Below, piece by piece: positions 54,331-62,980 of a stretch of 64,000 nucleotides of DNA. Numbering within the stretch: the first letter of the stretch is position 1; every line of letters starts with the position of its first letter. The stretch is from an uncultured Gammaproteobacteria bacterium (GTDB taxonomy: Bacteria > Pseudomonadota > Gammaproteobacteria > UBA9214). Position numbers and translations under genes: made by a program. The notes under the pieces are model-generated. The model did not search any database. It was not told where the DNA came from and was given only the letters and a program-made list of their open reading frames with translations. The DNA is taken from contig CAVXNM010000058.1 in the NCBI GenBank assembly GCA_963763115.1, positions 7,856 through 71,855 of the forward strand. Direction: 5' to 3'.

Positions 54331-55062
54331 ATGCCGTTTCTGACGATCGTTTATGCCTTGCTGTTCTATACAGCCACGGCCCTGCTGGTCGGCGGCCTGG
54401 CCTACAAGATACGGCAGTATGCAAAAACACCGGCGCCGCTGAAGATACCGACCACCCCCGCACCGGTAACACGCACGGGTGTGGCAATGCGTATGTTCCG
54501 GGAACTGGTTTTTTTCGAAAGTCTGTTCAAGTCAAACAAGTGGATCTGGATCTTCGGATACCTGTTCCACTTTGGCATGTTTCTGGTGCTGGCGCGCCAC
54601 TTGAGATATTTTACCAACCCGGTCTGGACCTGGGTGGACCTGATTCAGCCTTTCGGTCTGTATGCAGCGTTTGCCATGGTCGCCGGACTGCTGGGATTGT
54701 GGGCGCGTCGCTTTCTCGTCGACCGCGTACGCTATATATCCGCGCTCTCTGATCACCTGATGCTGGCATTGCTGCTCGGCATCGCCCTGACCGGCATGTC
54801 CATGGATTACCTCTCGCATACCGATATCGTGTCAGTCAAGGCCTTCTTTCTGGGTTTGATGTACTTCAGCTGGCAACCCCTGCCCGAGGATCCGTTGTTG
54901 CTCGTCCATCTGGCGCTGGTGGCCACCCTGATGATTATCTTTCCGATCAGCAAGCTGCTGCATGCACCGGGCGTCTTTTTCAGCCCCACCCGAAACCAGG
55001 TGGACAATCCACGCGAGCAGCGACATCTCGCGCCGTGGGCTGCCAAACTGGAAAACAGATAA
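54331..55062 (+). CDS. dsrM: DsrM, NarI-like dihaem b membrane subunit
   Basis: 243 aa from MPFLTIVYALLFYTATALLVGG; 5 TM helices with conserved His. Start is internal to ORF 54256..55062. Confidence 0.9.
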   Translation: MPFLTIVYALLFYTATALLVGGLAYKIRQYAKTPAPLKIPTTPAPVTRTGVAMRMFRELVFFESLFKSNKWIWIFGYLFHFGMFLVLARHLRYFTNPVWTWVDLIQPFGLYAAFAMVAGLLGLWARRFLVDRVRYISALSDHLMLALLLGIALTGMSMDYLSHTDIVSVKAFFLGLMYFSWQPLPEDPLLLVHLALVATLMIIFPISKLLHAPGVFFSPTRNQVDNPREQRHLAPWAAKLENR

Positions 55063-55091
55063 GTTGTGAATAACAGAATCAGGAGTTAACC

Positions 55092-56582
55092 GTGGCTGAT
55101 TTCGAAACACCGGAACTGAAGGAATATCCCGTCATCCCGCTCCTTCATGAAGGGACGATGGCGCACAGCAAACCCTTCGTGGCCAAACCGGATTTCCAGC
55201 AGCAGCTGGGGTTTCCCGGTGAACTGGTCGAGAACTGGGAACAGGTCGCACTCGACAAGATGCAGGAACTGACCGGCAAGTACCGTTCATTCCAGGTCTT
55301 TCTAGACTCCTGCGTCAAATGCGGCGCCTGTACGGACAAGTGCCACTATTACCTCGGCACCAGCGACCCGAAGAATATGCCGGTTGCCCGCCAGGACCTC
55401 TTGCGCAAGGTCTACCGCCGTTATTTCACCTTTGCCGGCAAATACTTCCCGAAGCTCGTCGGCGCAGTCGATCTCACCAAAGAAGTGCTGGACGACTGGT
55501 ACAGCTATTTCCACCAGTGCTCGCAGTGCCGCCGCTGCTCGGTATTCTGTCCCTACGGCATCGATACCGCAGAGATCTCCATGGCCGCCCGCGAGATCAT
55601 GGACAGCGTCGGCGTCGGGCAGAAATACTGCAACGAGATCATCGGCAAGGTCTTCAAGATCGGCAACAATCTCGGACTGCCCCAGCCGGCGCTAAAGGAT
55701 ACCCTGGAAGGAATCGAGGAAGATGTCGAGGACGACACCGGCGTCAAGGTGCGCTATCCGCTGGATGAAAAGGGCGCCGAGGTGCTGCTGGTCACCCCGT
55801 CCGCGGATTTCTTCGCCGAACCCCATGTCGACGGCCTGATCGGCTATGGGAAGGTCTTCCACGAGTCCGGAATCAGCTGGACGATGAGTTCATATGCCAG
55901 CGAGGCCGCCAATTTCGGGATGTTCATCGGCAGCTATGAAAACATGCGCCGTGTTTCACTGCGAATCCGCGAGGCGGCCCTGGACCTCGGCGTCAAGCGC
56001 ATCATTATGGGCGAGTGCGGACACGCCTGGCGCGTCGCCTACAGCTTCCTCAACACCCTGGCGGGACCGTTTGACTTCCTGGACCCGAAATACCCGGTAC
56101 CGCAGCATATACTCGAATTCACTCACGACCTGATCCAGCGCGGTGCGTTGACCCTGGATAAATCGGCCAACGACGACATGGTGCTGACCTACCACGATTC
56201 CTGCAACGTGGCGCGCGCCTCGCGCATGGGGCCGAAACCCGGCGGTCAGTTCACCATTCCCCGCGATGTCATCAGGGCCAGTTGCAACCACTTTTTTGAC
56301 ATGCCTCAAGATACGATTCACGAATCCACGTATTGTTGTGGCGGCGGCGGCGGACTGCTGACCGACGACCTGATGGAACTGCGCGTCAAGGGCGCCCTCC
56401 CGCGCATGGAAGCCCTGAAGCAGGTCGTGGAGCAACACGGCGTCACCCATATGGCGGCGATCTGTGCGATCTGCAAGAGCCAGTTCGCCAAGGTCTTGCC
56501 GTATTACGGCTTTACCATGGACAGCATCGTGAGTGTGCACCAACTGGTGAGCAACGCAATTGTTCTGGGAAGCAAACAATAG
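55092..56582 (+). CDS. dsrK: DsrK, HdrD-like iron-sulfur catalytic subunit
   Basis: 496 aa, GTG start; CVKCGACTDKC and CSQCRRCSVFCP ferredoxin motifs; CCG domains (YHDSCN.., STYCCGGGGG). Confidence 0.9.
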   Translation: MADFETPELKEYPVIPLLHEGTMAHSKPFVAKPDFQQQLGFPGELVENWEQVALDKMQELTGKYRSFQVFLDSCVKCGACTDKCHYYLGTSDPKNMPVARQDLLRKVYRRYFTFAGKYFPKLVGAVDLTKEVLDDWYSYFHQCSQCRRCSVFCPYGIDTAEISMAAREIMDSVGVGQKYCNEIIGKVFKIGNNLGLPQPALKDTLEGIEEDVEDDTGVKVRYPLDEKGAEVLLVTPSADFFAEPHVDGLIGYGKVFHESGISWTMSSYASEAANFGMFIGSYENMRRVSLRIREAALDLGVKRIIMGECGHAWRVAYSFLNTLAGPFDFLDPKYPVPQHILEFTHDLIQRGALTLDKSANDDMVLTYHDSCNVARASRMGPKPGGQFTIPRDVIRASCNHFFDMPQDTIHESTYCCGGGGGLLTDDLMELRVKGALPRMEALKQVVEQHGVTHMAAICAICKSQFAKVLPYYGFTMDSIVSVHQLVSNAIVLGSKQ

Positions 56583-56640
56583 TTTCGATAACGAATCCGG
56601 CCCAGGTAACTGCGCCAGAACAGATCACAGGAGAATACGC

Positions 56641-58605
56641 ATGGCTACTTCTCGAGATGACATGGAAAACACCAAACTCACCTTCCGCCGCTTCGAAGAG
56701 GGCGATTACGAGTGGACGCGTTTCACGGATCAGATCTTCGAGGGCGACCATTCGCACAAGTGTCCGACCTACGTGCACCGTACGCCTCCCTGCCAGGGCA
56801 GCTGCCCCTCGGGCGAAGACATACGCGGCTGGCTGCAGGTCGTGCGCGGCATTGAGAAACCCACCGGCGGCATGAGCATGGAAGAATACGCCTTCCGCCG
56901 TTCTACCGACGCCAACCCCTTCCCGTCGATGATGGGCCGCGTGTGCCCGGCGCCGTGCGAAGACGGCTGCAACCGAAACAATGTCGATGACTTCGTCGGA
57001 ATCAATTCCGTCGAGCAGTTCATCGGCGACTCCGCCTTCGAGAAAAAATTCACTTTTGAGGCCACCGAACAGATGAGCGGCAAGAAAATCGCCATCATCG
57101 GCGGCGGCCCGGCCGGCATGGCGGCGGCCTACCAGCTGCGCCGCATGGGCCATGCCAGCGTGATTTTTGACGACCATGACGAACTCGGCGGCATGATGCG
57201 CTACGGCATCCCGGGATACCGCACCCCGCGCGATGTGCTCAACCATGAAATCCAGCGCATCCTGGACATGGGTTATGTCGAAACGCGTCTCGGCACCCGC
57301 GTCGGCAAGGATGTCTCCATTGCCGAACTGGAAAAGGAATTCGACGCAATACTCTGGGCGCTAGGCTGCAAGTCCGGACGCAAGCTGCCGGTTCCCAACA
57401 GCGATGCGCCCAACTGCGTCACCGGCGTCGAGTTCCTCGAGGCCTTCAACAAGGGCGTGCTGCAGGTGACGACCGACCGGGTGGTATGCGTGGGTGGCGG
57501 CGACACCTCCATTGACGTGGTTTCCGTCGCCCGGCGACTGGGCAAGATAACCAATCTCAACAAAGAAGTCCGTCCGGAACAGGTCATCGGCGGCTATGTC
57601 GCGCACGATTCGGCCTTTGCCGCCGCGCGTGAAGGCGCCGACGTCACCCTGACCTCGCTGTTCGCGCGCGAGGAAATGACCGCAACCGAACACGAAGTCG
57701 AGGATGCCCTGCGTGAAGGTGTCAAGATCCTGAACGGCGTCATGCCAATCGAGGTGGTCGTCAACGCCGAAGGTCGCGCGACCGCGTTGAGAATGGCGAA
57801 GTGCCAGATGGTCGACGGCCGGCCCAAGCCTGTTGAGGGCACCGAGTTCGCTATCGAATGCGATCTCATCGTCTCGGCCATCGGGCAGGGTGGCGATCTT
57901 TCCGAGGGTCTGGAGGAGCTGAATAACGGACGCGGCCTGATCGATGCCGATGCCTATTACCAGCTGCCGAAGCGTGCCGGTCATTTCGCCGCGGGCGACA
58001 TCATTCGTCCCCATCTGCTGACCACCGCCATCGGGCAGGCCTCCATTGCCGCGGAAAGCATCAACCACTACCTGAAACATGAACAGCAGTCCAAGCGTCC
58101 CAAGGTGGATGTCCACCATTTCAAGCTGTTGAACAAGCTCCACGAGACCAATCTCGATCCGGATATTTTCAGCCCCGGGGAACGCGGCGACATGCGCGGC
58201 ACCGACGATGGCAACTGGGCCGTGCACAATTACGAGGACCGCTCCATGGCGGAGATCATCTCCGCAGACAAGCTGTTCCTCGGGCATTTTCCCTATGTGC
58301 CACGCAACAAGCGCTCCTCCTTCGGCCCCTCGGCGGATGAAGTGCTGGGTCATTTTACCGAACGTGGCATCGGCTTGACGACGGAACAGGCGGTTAACGA
58401 AGCCGAACGCTGCATGAGCTGCGGCATGTGCTTCGAATGCGACAACTGCGTCATCTACTGTCCGCAGGACGCCATATTCCGCGTCAAGAAGGACAAGTCG
58501 ACGACCGGCCGCTATGTCGACACGGACTACAACAAGTGCATTGGCTGCCATATCTGTTCCGATGTCTGCCCCACCGGCTACATCGACATGGCGCTGGGTC
58601 ACTAA
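56641..58605 (+). CDS. dsrL: DsrL, NAD(P)H:acceptor oxidoreductase (GltD-like Fe-S flavoprotein)
   Basis: 654 aa from MATSRDDMEN; IAIIGGGPAGMAAAYQL, second dinucleotide site VVCVGGGDTSID, C-terminal 2x[4Fe-4S] CMSCGMCFECDNC..CIGCHICSDVCP. Confidence 0.9.
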   Translation: MATSRDDMENTKLTFRRFEEGDYEWTRFTDQIFEGDHSHKCPTYVHRTPPCQGSCPSGEDIRGWLQVVRGIEKPTGGMSMEEYAFRRSTDANPFPSMMGRVCPAPCEDGCNRNNVDDFVGINSVEQFIGDSAFEKKFTFEATEQMSGKKIAIIGGGPAGMAAAYQLRRMGHASVIFDDHDELGGMMRYGIPGYRTPRDVLNHEIQRILDMGYVETRLGTRVGKDVSIAELEKEFDAILWALGCKSGRKLPVPNSDAPNCVTGVEFLEAFNKGVLQVTTDRVVCVGGGDTSIDVVSVARRLGKITNLNKEVRPEQVIGGYVAHDSAFAAAREGADVTLTSLFAREEMTATEHEVEDALREGVKILNGVMPIEVVVNAEGRATALRMAKCQMVDGRPKPVEGTEFAIECDLIVSAIGQGGDLSEGLEELNNGRGLIDADAYYQLPKRAGHFAAGDIIRPHLLTTAIGQASIAAESINHYLKHEQQSKRPKVDVHHFKLLNKLHETNLDPDIFSPGERGDMRGTDDGNWAVHNYEDRSMAEIISADKLFLGHFPYVPRNKRSSFGPSADEVLGHFTERGIGLTTEQAVNEAERCMSCGMCFECDNCVIYCPQDAIFRVKKDKSTTGRYVDTDYNKCIGCHICSDVCPTGYIDMALGH

Positions 58606-58617
58606 GACGGGAAGCCC

Positions 58618-59133
58618 ATGTCAAACATGTTGATAAATCGCGGGTTACTCCCCCTCCTGGCGCTGGCGGTTCTCTGGGTTCCTGCCCTGGTCAGGGCCGG
58701 TGACTCGCTGCTGCCGGTTGTCCCTGAAGCACAGCGCCGGGTGAGTGAAGCACAGGGCTGCGTCGAACCCACGGAGGACATGCGCAGAAACCACATGAAG
58801 TATATCCTGCACCAGCGCGATGAAACCGTACACGAGGGTATCCGCACCAAACGGTACAGCCTGGAGGAATGCGTCGACTGCCATGTGAGCAGCGCACCCG
58901 ATGCGCCGCGGGTAAGCAGCGAGCAACACTTCTGCAACAGCTGCCACACCTATGCGGCGGTCAATATCGACTGCTTCGAGTGCCATGCGGACCGGCCCTT
59001 ACCGAATTCGGGAAAACTCTCCATGGCCCCGGTTACGACACCTGCCCGTCTGCAAACGGATGAAAATCCAGTTGCCTTGTCACACGGACATGACCAGCAG
59101 CAGCTGGCAACCGAGGGCATTAACCATGACTGA
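58618..59133 (+). CDS. dsrJ: DsrJ, periplasmic trihaem cytochrome c
   Basis: 171 aa; signal peptide, three CxxCH sites (CVDCH, CNSCH, CFECH). Confidence 0.9.
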   Translation: MSNMLINRGLLPLLALAVLWVPALVRAGDSLLPVVPEAQRRVSEAQGCVEPTEDMRRNHMKYILHQRDETVHEGIRTKRYSLEECVDCHVSSAPDAPRVSSEQHFCNSCHTYAAVNIDCFECHADRPLPNSGKLSMAPVTTPARLQTDENPVALSHGHDQQQLATEGINHD

Positions 59134-59869
59134 CAACTCACAAACGGATACTTCACGACGCCGCTTTCTCGGTGGTGCGGCGACCGCGGTAGCCGGCCTG
59201 GTCGCACCCGGTGTGCTCTTGCATGAGGTTGCGCAGGCACGTCCCGCCGAGGTGCCCGTCAGCAGCGCCGTTCGCTGGGGCATGCTGGTCGATACCAGCA
59301 AATGTGCAAAGGGCTGCACAGAGTGCGTCGATGCCTGCGCCAAGGAACATGGCCTGACCAGTCACGGCCGTCCCGAGACCGATGCACAATGGATCCGCAA
59401 GGTCGAACTGCGTGACAAGCAGACCGGCTATACCCAGACCCTGCCCCTGCTCTGCCAGCACTGCGAGCATCCGCCGTGCGTGGATGTCTGCCCGACCGGC
59501 GCCTCGTTCAGGCGGGCTGACGGAATCGTTCTGGTCGACAAGCATATCTGTATCGGATGCCGCTACTGCATGATGGCCTGTCCCTACAAGGCGCGTTCCT
59601 TCGTGCACGAAACGCTTGATGATCAGTTGCCGCATTCACCGCGCGGCAAGGGCACTGTGGAAAGCTGCACCTTCTGCGTGCACCGGGTCGATGAAGGGGA
59701 GACACCCGCCTGTGTCGAGGCCTGCACGGGGGAGAATCACAACGCCCTGGTATTCGGCGACATGAATGACCCGGCGAGCGAGATTTCCAGGCAGCTGCGG
59801 AATTACAACAGCCGTCAGATACGTGCCGATCTCGAACTCAACACCGGCGTACGCTACCGGGGAATCTAA
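59126..59869 (+). CDS. dsrO: DsrO, periplasmic 4-cluster ferredoxin-like subunit
   Basis: 247 aa from MTDNSQTDTSRRRFLGG (Tat signal), with four Cys clusters. Overlaps dsrJ by 8 nt. Confidence 0.9.
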   Translation: MTDNSQTDTSRRRFLGGAATAVAGLVAPGVLLHEVAQARPAEVPVSSAVRWGMLVDTSKCAKGCTECVDACAKEHGLTSHGRPETDAQWIRKVELRDKQTGYTQTLPLLCQHCEHPPCVDVCPTGASFRRADGIVLVDKHICIGCRYCMMACPYKARSFVHETLDDQLPHSPRGKGTVESCTFCVHRVDEGETPACVEACTGENHNALVFGDMNDPASEISRQLRNYNSRQIRADLELNTGVRYRGI

Positions 59870-61092
59870 TGAAACAGCAGATACAATTCAGTGAAATCGA
59901 CGGTGGCCCGCGCTTTTACTCCTTGCTCGGTTTTATCGGACTGTTCGTGCTCGCGGGGCTGGCCGCCGCCTTCTATATGGAGCACAACGGACACTACGTC
60001 ACCGGGATGACCAACCAGATCGTATGGGGCACGCCGCATGTGTTCGCGGTGTTTCTGATCGTCGCCGCTTCCGGCGCGCTTAATGTCGCCTCGATCAGTT
60101 CGGTCTTCGGCAAGGTACCGTACAAACCGCTCGCCCGGCTCTCCGGCCTGCTGGCCATCGCCCTGCTGGTCGGCGGCCTGGCGGTGCTGGTGCTGGACCT
60201 CGGACGTCCGGACCGGCTGATCGTGGCCATGACCAAGTACAACTTCAAGTCGATATTCGCCTGGAATATCTTCCTGTATACCGGCTTCATGGTCATCGTC
60301 GGCGTCTATATCTGGATGATGATGGAACGGCGCATGAACCGTTTCACCAAAGTGTCCGGTTTTTTTGCCTTCGTCTGGCGCCTCATCCTGACCACCGGTA
60401 CCGGTTCCATCTTCGGCTTCCTGGTCGCCCGACAGGCCTATGATTCCGCTGTGATGGCGCCGATGTTCGTCATTATGTCGTTCTCCTTCGGCCTCGCCAT
60501 CTTCATACTCGTCCTGATGGCGGCCTGCAAATGGTCGGAGCGCCCGCTGGGTGATGCCATCCTGTACCGTCTCAAAAACCTGCTGGGCGTGTTCATCGCC
60601 TCGGTTCTGTACTTCGTGATGGTCTATCATCTCACCAACCTCTACATTACCGAGAATCATGGGATTGAGCGGTTTATCCTGCTGGACGGCGGCATCTATA
60701 CCCAGCTGTTCTGGATCGTGCAGGTGCTGATCGGCAGCCTGCTGCCGCTCGCCCTGCTCTACCTGCCATCCATGGGAAAATCGCGCGGCTGGATCGGCAT
60801 TGCCTGCGCACTCGTCATTATCGGCGGTCTGGCCCAGATGTATATCATCATCATAGGAGGACAGGCCTACCCGCTGGAAATGTTCCCCGGCAAGGAAGTC
60901 ACCAGCTCGTTCTTCGACGGCGTGGTGAACAGCTACTCGCCGAGCCTGCCGGAAGTGGTGCTCGGCATCGGCGGCGTGGCCATCGCGCTTGCCGCCGTGG
61001 TGGTGGGTATCCGGGTGTTGCGCTTCCTGCCGTCAAGCCTGGCGGATGAACTGGTTGACCCGCATTATTCGACCGACAAGGCCATGGCCTGA
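59869..61092 (+). CDS. dsrP: DsrP, NrfD/PsrC-like integral membrane subunit
   Basis: 407 aa, about 10 TM helices. TAATG overlap with dsrO. Confidence 0.9.
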   Translation: MKQQIQFSEIDGGPRFYSLLGFIGLFVLAGLAAAFYMEHNGHYVTGMTNQIVWGTPHVFAVFLIVAASGALNVASISSVFGKVPYKPLARLSGLLAIALLVGGLAVLVLDLGRPDRLIVAMTKYNFKSIFAWNIFLYTGFMVIVGVYIWMMMERRMNRFTKVSGFFAFVWRLILTTGTGSIFGFLVARQAYDSAVMAPMFVIMSFSFGLAIFILVLMAACKWSERPLGDAILYRLKNLLGVFIASVLYFVMVYHLTNLYITENHGIERFILLDGGIYTQLFWIVQVLIGSLLPLALLYLPSMGKSRGWIGIACALVIIGGLAQMYIIIIGGQAYPLEMFPGKEVTSSFFDGVVNSYSPSLPEVVLGIGGVAIALAAVVVGIRVLRFLPSSLADELVDPHYSTDKAMA

Positions 61093-61101
61093 TGTCGTAC
61101 C

Positions 61102-61130
61102 GCAGCGACCCTCTGGCTACGGGTCGCTGC
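61102..61130 (+). promoter_or_regulatory. stem-loop in the dsrP-dsrN spacer
   Basis: GCAGCGACCC-tctggctac-GGGTCGCTGC, a 10-bp perfect stem 10 nt after the dsrP stop. No U-tract. Confidence 0.35.
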
Positions 61131-61197
61131 CTCTTGAAACCGGTGTAACGACGGCCAGTCGGAATCCGTAACGTTCATCCGGTCCGTCGAGGCAATC

Positions 61198-62565
61198 ATG
61201 TCACGTCTGCTGATCTCGGCGGCCCATAAATCCTCCGGAAAGACCACTATTTCCCTGGGCCTGTGCGCCGCCCTGGCGGAACGCGGCCTCGCGGTGCAGC
61301 CTTTCAAGAAAGGCCCGGATTACATCGATCCCATGTGGCTGGGCAAGGCTGCCGGGCGTCCCTGCTTCAACCTGGATTTCTACTGCATGTCACAACCGGA
61401 AATCCTGACGACCGTCGGATACCGTTCCATGACGGCGGATGTCTCCCTCATCGAGGGCAACAAGGGGCTCTATGACGGCCTCGATCTGGACGGCAGCAAC
61501 AGCAACGCGGCGCTGGCCAAACTCACGAACACCCCCGTCGTGCTGGTGCTTGATGCCAGGGGAATGACGCGCGGCATCGCGCCGCTGATCCTCGGCAACC
61601 AGGCCTTCGACCCCGATGTCCGGATTGCCGGCATAATTCTCAATCAACTCGGTGGCAGCAGGCACGAAGCCAAATTGCGCGCCGTGATCGAACATTACAC
61701 CGATGTACCGGTACTGGGTGGCGTACACCGCAACCGGGAGATGGAGATCACCGAACGCCACCTTGGGCTCATCCCGAGCAACGAAGAAACCTCATCGATG
61801 CTCCGTATCGGTCAGATCAGAAACATCATCAATGACCATGTGGACATTGACGGCCTGCTGTCCGTCTGCGGCAAGGCGCCGCTTGATTTCGAACCGCCGC
61901 CTGACCGACAGGCGGTTTCAGGAATACGGGTGCGAATCGGCATTGCCCGTGATGCGGCCTTCGGTTTCTATTATCCGGATGATCTGGAGGCGCTGGAACA
62001 ATCGGGCGCGGAGCTGGTGACGATCAATACCCTGAAGGACCGGGATCTGCCCGAGATTGAGGGTCTTTTCATCGGCGGTGGTTTCCCTGAAACCCATATG
62101 CAAGCCCTGCAAGCCAATAAAGCGCTTCGACACCGAATCAGGGACGCCATCGGCAAGGGCCTCCCCGCCTATGCGGAATGTGGCGGTCTCATGTACCTCG
62201 CGCGCAGCCTCAGCTGGAAGGACACGCGCTGCGAGATGGTCGGGGTGATTCCCGGTGATATCATCATGCATGAGCGGCCACAGGGTCGCGGTTACGTCCG
62301 CCTGTGCGAGACACCCCGGCTGCCTTGGCCGGAGGTGAGTCCGCAGGTCGAATTCGCCGCCCACGAGTTTCATTACTCCAGCATCGAGAACATTACCGGG
62401 CCACTCACCTGCGCCCTCGATGTCCGGCGCGGCACCGGGATCGACGGAAAGCACGACGGGATAGTCATCAATAACCTGGTCGCCAGCTACAGCCATCTGC
62501 GCGATACCCGTCAGCATCGCTGGGCACATCGGTTCGTGAACTTTGTGCGGCGGTATGGGCGATGA
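61198..62565 (+). CDS. dsrN: DsrN, cobyrinate a,c-diamide synthase-like siroheme amidase
   Basis: 455 aa; SGKTTISLGLCAAL P-loop, C-terminal glutamine amidotransferase Cys in YAECGGLMYL. Confidence 0.85.
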   Translation: MSRLLISAAHKSSGKTTISLGLCAALAERGLAVQPFKKGPDYIDPMWLGKAAGRPCFNLDFYCMSQPEILTTVGYRSMTADVSLIEGNKGLYDGLDLDGSNSNAALAKLTNTPVVLVLDARGMTRGIAPLILGNQAFDPDVRIAGIILNQLGGSRHEAKLRAVIEHYTDVPVLGGVHRNREMEITERHLGLIPSNEETSSMLRIGQIRNIINDHVDIDGLLSVCGKAPLDFEPPPDRQAVSGIRVRIGIARDAAFGFYYPDDLEALEQSGAELVTINTLKDRDLPEIEGLFIGGGFPETHMQALQANKALRHRIRDAIGKGLPAYAECGGLMYLARSLSWKDTRCEMVGVIPGDIIMHERPQGRGYVRLCETPRLPWPEVSPQVEFAAHEFHYSSIENITGPLTCALDVRRGTGIDGKHDGIVINNLVASYSHLRDTRQHRWAHRFVNFVRRYGR

Positions 62566-62622
62566 GACAGCGCTGTCGCTCCGGCCCTATAATGTGTGAA
62601 CATTACCAGAGAGGAACTGCAG

Positions 62623-62940
62623 ATGATTACCGTCACACCCTCCGCCGCTGGGCAGATCCGGCTATCGGCTAAACAGGGCCAGATGGACGGTCTCGCCATG
62701 CGTATTGCGGCGACGCGCAATCCGGACGGGTCCATTCATTACGGAATGGGTTTTGATGATAACCGGCTGGAGGGTGATATCCATATCACCTCGCAGGGTA
62801 TCGACGTGGTGGTCTCCGGGTCGAGCATGCTGCTGCTGAGCGGGACGACCCTGGATTATGTCGAGATCGAGCCGGGTTTGTTCCAGTTTATTTTCATGAA
62901 CCCGAATGATCCGAATTTTACGCCGCCGGATGAAACCTGA
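62623..62940 (+). CDS. dsrR: DsrR, IscA-like protein without cysteines
   Basis: 105 aa from MITVTPSAAGQIR..; A-type scaffold fold pattern but no Cys residue at all, as described for DsrR. Confidence 0.8.
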   Translation: MITVTPSAAGQIRLSAKQGQMDGLAMRIAATRNPDGSIHYGMGFDDNRLEGDIHITSQGIDVVVSGSSMLLLSGTTLDYVEIEPGLFQFIFMNPNDPNFTPPDET

Positions 62941-62980
62941 TCCCGGCCATCCCGTATCCGGGTTCTGATTAAACCCGCTG

